From contig LSRY02000069.1 in NCBI GenBank assembly GCA_001643675.2, positions 1 to 64,000 on the forward strand: a stretch of DNA of 64,000 bases. The letters are read 5' to 3'. Source of the stretch: Monocercomonoides exilis PA203 (lineage: Eukaryota > Protista > Preaxostyla). Position numbers and translations under genes: made by a program. The notes beneath the pieces were generated by a model. The model was not told where the DNA came from. It saw only the letters and a program-made list of their open reading frames with translations, and searched no databases. How positions within the stretch are numbered: the stretch's first letter is position 1; every line of letters starts with the position of its first letter. This document shows, one piece after another, positions 61,403-64,000 of the stretch.

Positions 61403-64000
61403 ATGATATTATTTCTGGAGTTGGGGGTGCTGGCCATGCTTTGTAGGGTTTGTGAAGAAACGAGAGGAAAGAGAGTGCAAATGAAAGATTTTCAGGAAGA
61501 AGAAGAAGAAGAAGAGAGGCTGATGATGCAAACAAGCTTGTTCACAAATTTGATTGGAGATGGAAAGCGGGAAGAAGGAAAGAGCGAGAATGCACATGAA
61601 AATCACGAGATGAGAGATGTGATGCGGAGCAGAATCTCCACAAGGTTTGATTGTTGCAACAGCTCGTTAGTGATAAGATCTGCAGAGCTGGGGAGCAGGG
61701 AAGGATTCGAATGGATAGGGAGGTTGAACGGATCAGTGCTGGAGGTTGTTGGGTGCGAGATTGCGATTGGAAGCGGAGATGAAAGATTGTTTTGGTGCGA
61801 AGACAGCAGGGTTGTGCTGGAGATGACAGTGAAAATGAGAGAAGAGAAAGGAATTTGGAGAGGCGGTGTTGTGGAGGGATTTGGAAGAGGCAACGAGATG
61901 AAGCTGAAGGAAAGCAGATTTGAGTGTTTGAGGGCAGAGGGAGGGATGGTTTTGGCAAGAGGGAGTCTGAAAGAGATTATCGTGGAGAACTGCCTGTTCA
62001 AGAACGTATCAGGAAGAATCAGTGGAGACAGAGTGGATGACAAAAGCGATGGAGCAGATAACGGAGTCAGGAAGAACAGTGCTGAAAGGATTGGAGTTGC
62101 TTCGACAATATTTGAGAGGGTGGAAAATGGAGACAGCGGGATGCTTTATGATGGGTGTCACACACAAGAATGCTATTTTGTGATGAACACATCGTTTGAG
62201 AGGTGCGAACAAAATGTGAACTCGACGAGGCAAGAGAACTCAACAGGAGATGTGATTCTTGAAGACTCGATTTTCACAGTGCACACAACTGGGAATTATG
62301 GAGGGGCAGTGTGCATCAGAGGGAATGCCACACTTTCAATTTTGCGAACAACATTCAGAAATTGTTCATTAGAATCCATATCAGGAGAAACTCGTGGAGG
62401 TGCAGTGTATGCAACTGGAACGGGTTTCATAAACATGGTAAATAGTTCTGTTATTAGCTGCTCTGTTGAAGAAAATGGTTCTTGTTATTGTGCAGGTATT
62501 GCAATGGAATCAAAGAATCAAGGTAACATTCATATTGTACAATCGATTTTTGAAGAAAACACTGGAAGACACTTTTCTGGAATTTTGGCAAAAACCATTA
62601 GCGACATATTGTTCATTGGATTTTGCATATTTCTCAACAATTGCGCCAACCCAAGATACGGAGGGTGCATTGGAATTTGGGACACAACATCAATAAATCA
62701 AACTATTTCCAATTGCTTTTTTTCAAAAAACACCGCACACTACTATGGAGGAGCAATCATGTTTGGAGGAAATAAAGATATCGTGAAGCCAGTAAAACTC
62801 AGATTTTTGCTATTTGAAAACAATACATGCACATTGGGTAATGGAAATGATATGGCTTTCCGAACAGATCATGAGACATTGTACTCCGCAAATGATTTTG
62901 CCACATGCAGCTCCACGAGTGCTGAACCAAGGGTGTGGAATTGCTTCACCCCGAATGAATGGGAATGTCCAACATATGAGAGTAGGCCAAACTGGATATC
63001 GAACGCCATAAGAGGGGAGATAAATGTGAATCCAATAAAGGAAGACCAGATTCACTGTGGGACAATGGAAGATGAGTGCAAGACAATAGGGTATGGGGTG
63101 ACGAAGTGGAATCCAGAGCTGAAACAGAAGATATCGCTGAGCAGAAGCACTTTTGCAGAGCGAGGGATTGGGGTGGAAGATAGGATGATTGTGATTGAGG
63201 TGAAGGGGAGCGGAGAAAGACCGATAATACGATGGGCAGCAGCAGGGGATGCGCTTGTCTGGATCACATGCGGATCAATTGAAGCGGACTCGATTGTGTT
63301 TGTGATGGATGGAGGGGCATCTGGAGAGGGGTCGCTGATGAGTGTGAGGGAAGCAGGAGGGAGGGCACGGTTGGTGAGGTGCTGTGTGAGGAGTGAAGCA
63401 GCAGGAGTGTTTTGCAGAAGATCGATGTTTGTTGTTGAAAACGGGGTGTGTGAGATTGAAGACAGCGAGATAGAGGGGATACAGATGGAAGACTGTGCGC
63501 TGCTTGAATCGAGATATCCGGGAGAGCTGAGGATTGCTGGGGGAAGCATAAGGAACATTGTGCGAAGCAGAGGAAATGGAGCAGTGATGAGCAAAACGCT
63601 GAGGGAAGGAGAGACTGTGATTGTGTGTAACACCACAGTGAAGGGGTGCAGGTGCAGCAGTGGGAATGGGGGCGGAGTGTATGTGGGGGTTGTGGAAGGG
63701 AGTGTGGCAGTTTTTGGGGGAAGTAGCGTGAGCACGAAAATTGAGGGTTGCAAGGCAGAAGAAGGAAGCGGCAGCGGGAGCAGCGGAAGAGGAAGGGGCG
63801 GAGGGCTGTATGTGGAGATGAGGAATGCGGAAGACGATGTTCGGATGGAGAATGTGGAACTTGTGGGGAACGAAGCGAAAAGCGGGAAGATGATGTTTAT
63901 CTGCTCTGCAGATCTGAAGGAGAGCTGTGTGAAGAAGTTTGGGTTTCTTCGGGGAGGAGGATGGGGATGGGAGGATTATGCGGGGATAGGAGACAGAGAG
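61403..64000 (+). CDS. Secreted/surface right-handed beta-helix protein with Pmp-like repeats (3'-partial)
   Basis: Hand translation gives an open frame from MILFLELGVLAMLC (signal-like), with YGGAVCI, GGAVYA, FSKNTAHYYGGAI, CGTMEDECKTIGYG and GGGVYV. Absent from the ORF track, presumably because it has no stop within the window. Confidence 0.75.
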   Translation, partial: MILFLELGVLAMLCRVCEETRGKRVQMKDFQEEEEEEERLMMQTSLFTNLIGDGKREEGKSENAHENHEMRDVMRSRISTRFDCCNSSLVIRSAELGSREGFEWIGRLNGSVLEVVGCEIAIGSGDERLFWCEDSRVVLEMTVKMREEKGIWRGGVVEGFGRGNEMKLKESRFECLRAEGGMVLARGSLKEIIVENCLFKNVSGRISGDRVDDKSDGADNGVRKNSAERIGVASTIFERVENGDSGMLYDGCHTQECYFVMNTSFERCEQNVNSTRQENSTGDVILEDSIFTVHTTGNYGGAVCIRGNATLSILRTTFRNCSLESISGETRGGAVYATGTGFINMVNSSVISCSVEENGSCYCAGIAMESKNQGNIHIVQSIFEENTGRHFSGILAKTISDILFIGFCIFLNNCANPRYGGCIGIWDTTSINQTISNCFFSKNTAHYYGGAIMFGGNKDIVKPVKLRFLLFENNTCTLGNGNDMAFRTDHETLYSANDFATCSSTSAEPRVWNCFTPNEWECPTYESRPNWISNAIRGEINVNPIKEDQIHCGTMEDECKTIGYGVTKWNPELKQKISLSRSTFAERGIGVEDRMIVIEVKGSGERPIIRWAAAGDALVWITCGSIEADSIVFVMDGGASGEGSLMSVREAGGRARLVRCCVRSEAAGVFCRRSMFVVENGVCEIEDSEIEGIQMEDCALLESRYPGELRIAGGSIRNIVRSRGNGAVMSKTLREGETVIVCNTTVKGCRCSSGNGGGVYVGVVEGSVAVFGGSSVSTKIEGCKAEEGSGSGSSGRGRGGGLYVEMRNAEDDVRMENVELVGNEAKSGKMMFICSADLKESCVKKFGFLRGGGWGWEDYAGIGDRE

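Overview
Left end of a chromosome from an AT-rich, intron-rich eukaryotic microbe. The gene families look like those of an oxymonad such as Monocercomonoides; this is an inference from memory, not a database result. About 3.6 kb of (CCCTAA)n telomere is joined directly to a head-to-tail array of a circular Rep-encoding ssDNA (CRESS) virus genome. The array spans ~3630-9786, about 2.15 units of ~2872 bp, and holds three intact TAGTATTAC stem-loop origins, an ambisense Rep and capsid, and a small ORF3. The innermost origin is followed by a different 95-aa ORF before host DNA begins at ~10.1 kb. A subtelomeric zone of decayed multigene-family copies (10-18.8 kb) follows, then ordinary spliced genes: TRM13, SLBP, a giant E/K/R-rich protein, an importin-alpha-like ARM protein, a TPR protein, an SsnA-like amidohydrolase, TRAP-beta, an RRM protein, a giant Ser-rich protein, actin, and a Pmp-like beta-helix surface protein running off the right edge. 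The main candidate for a novel system is the telomere-capped, apparently intact tandem CRESS provirus, which could in principle be released by replication.
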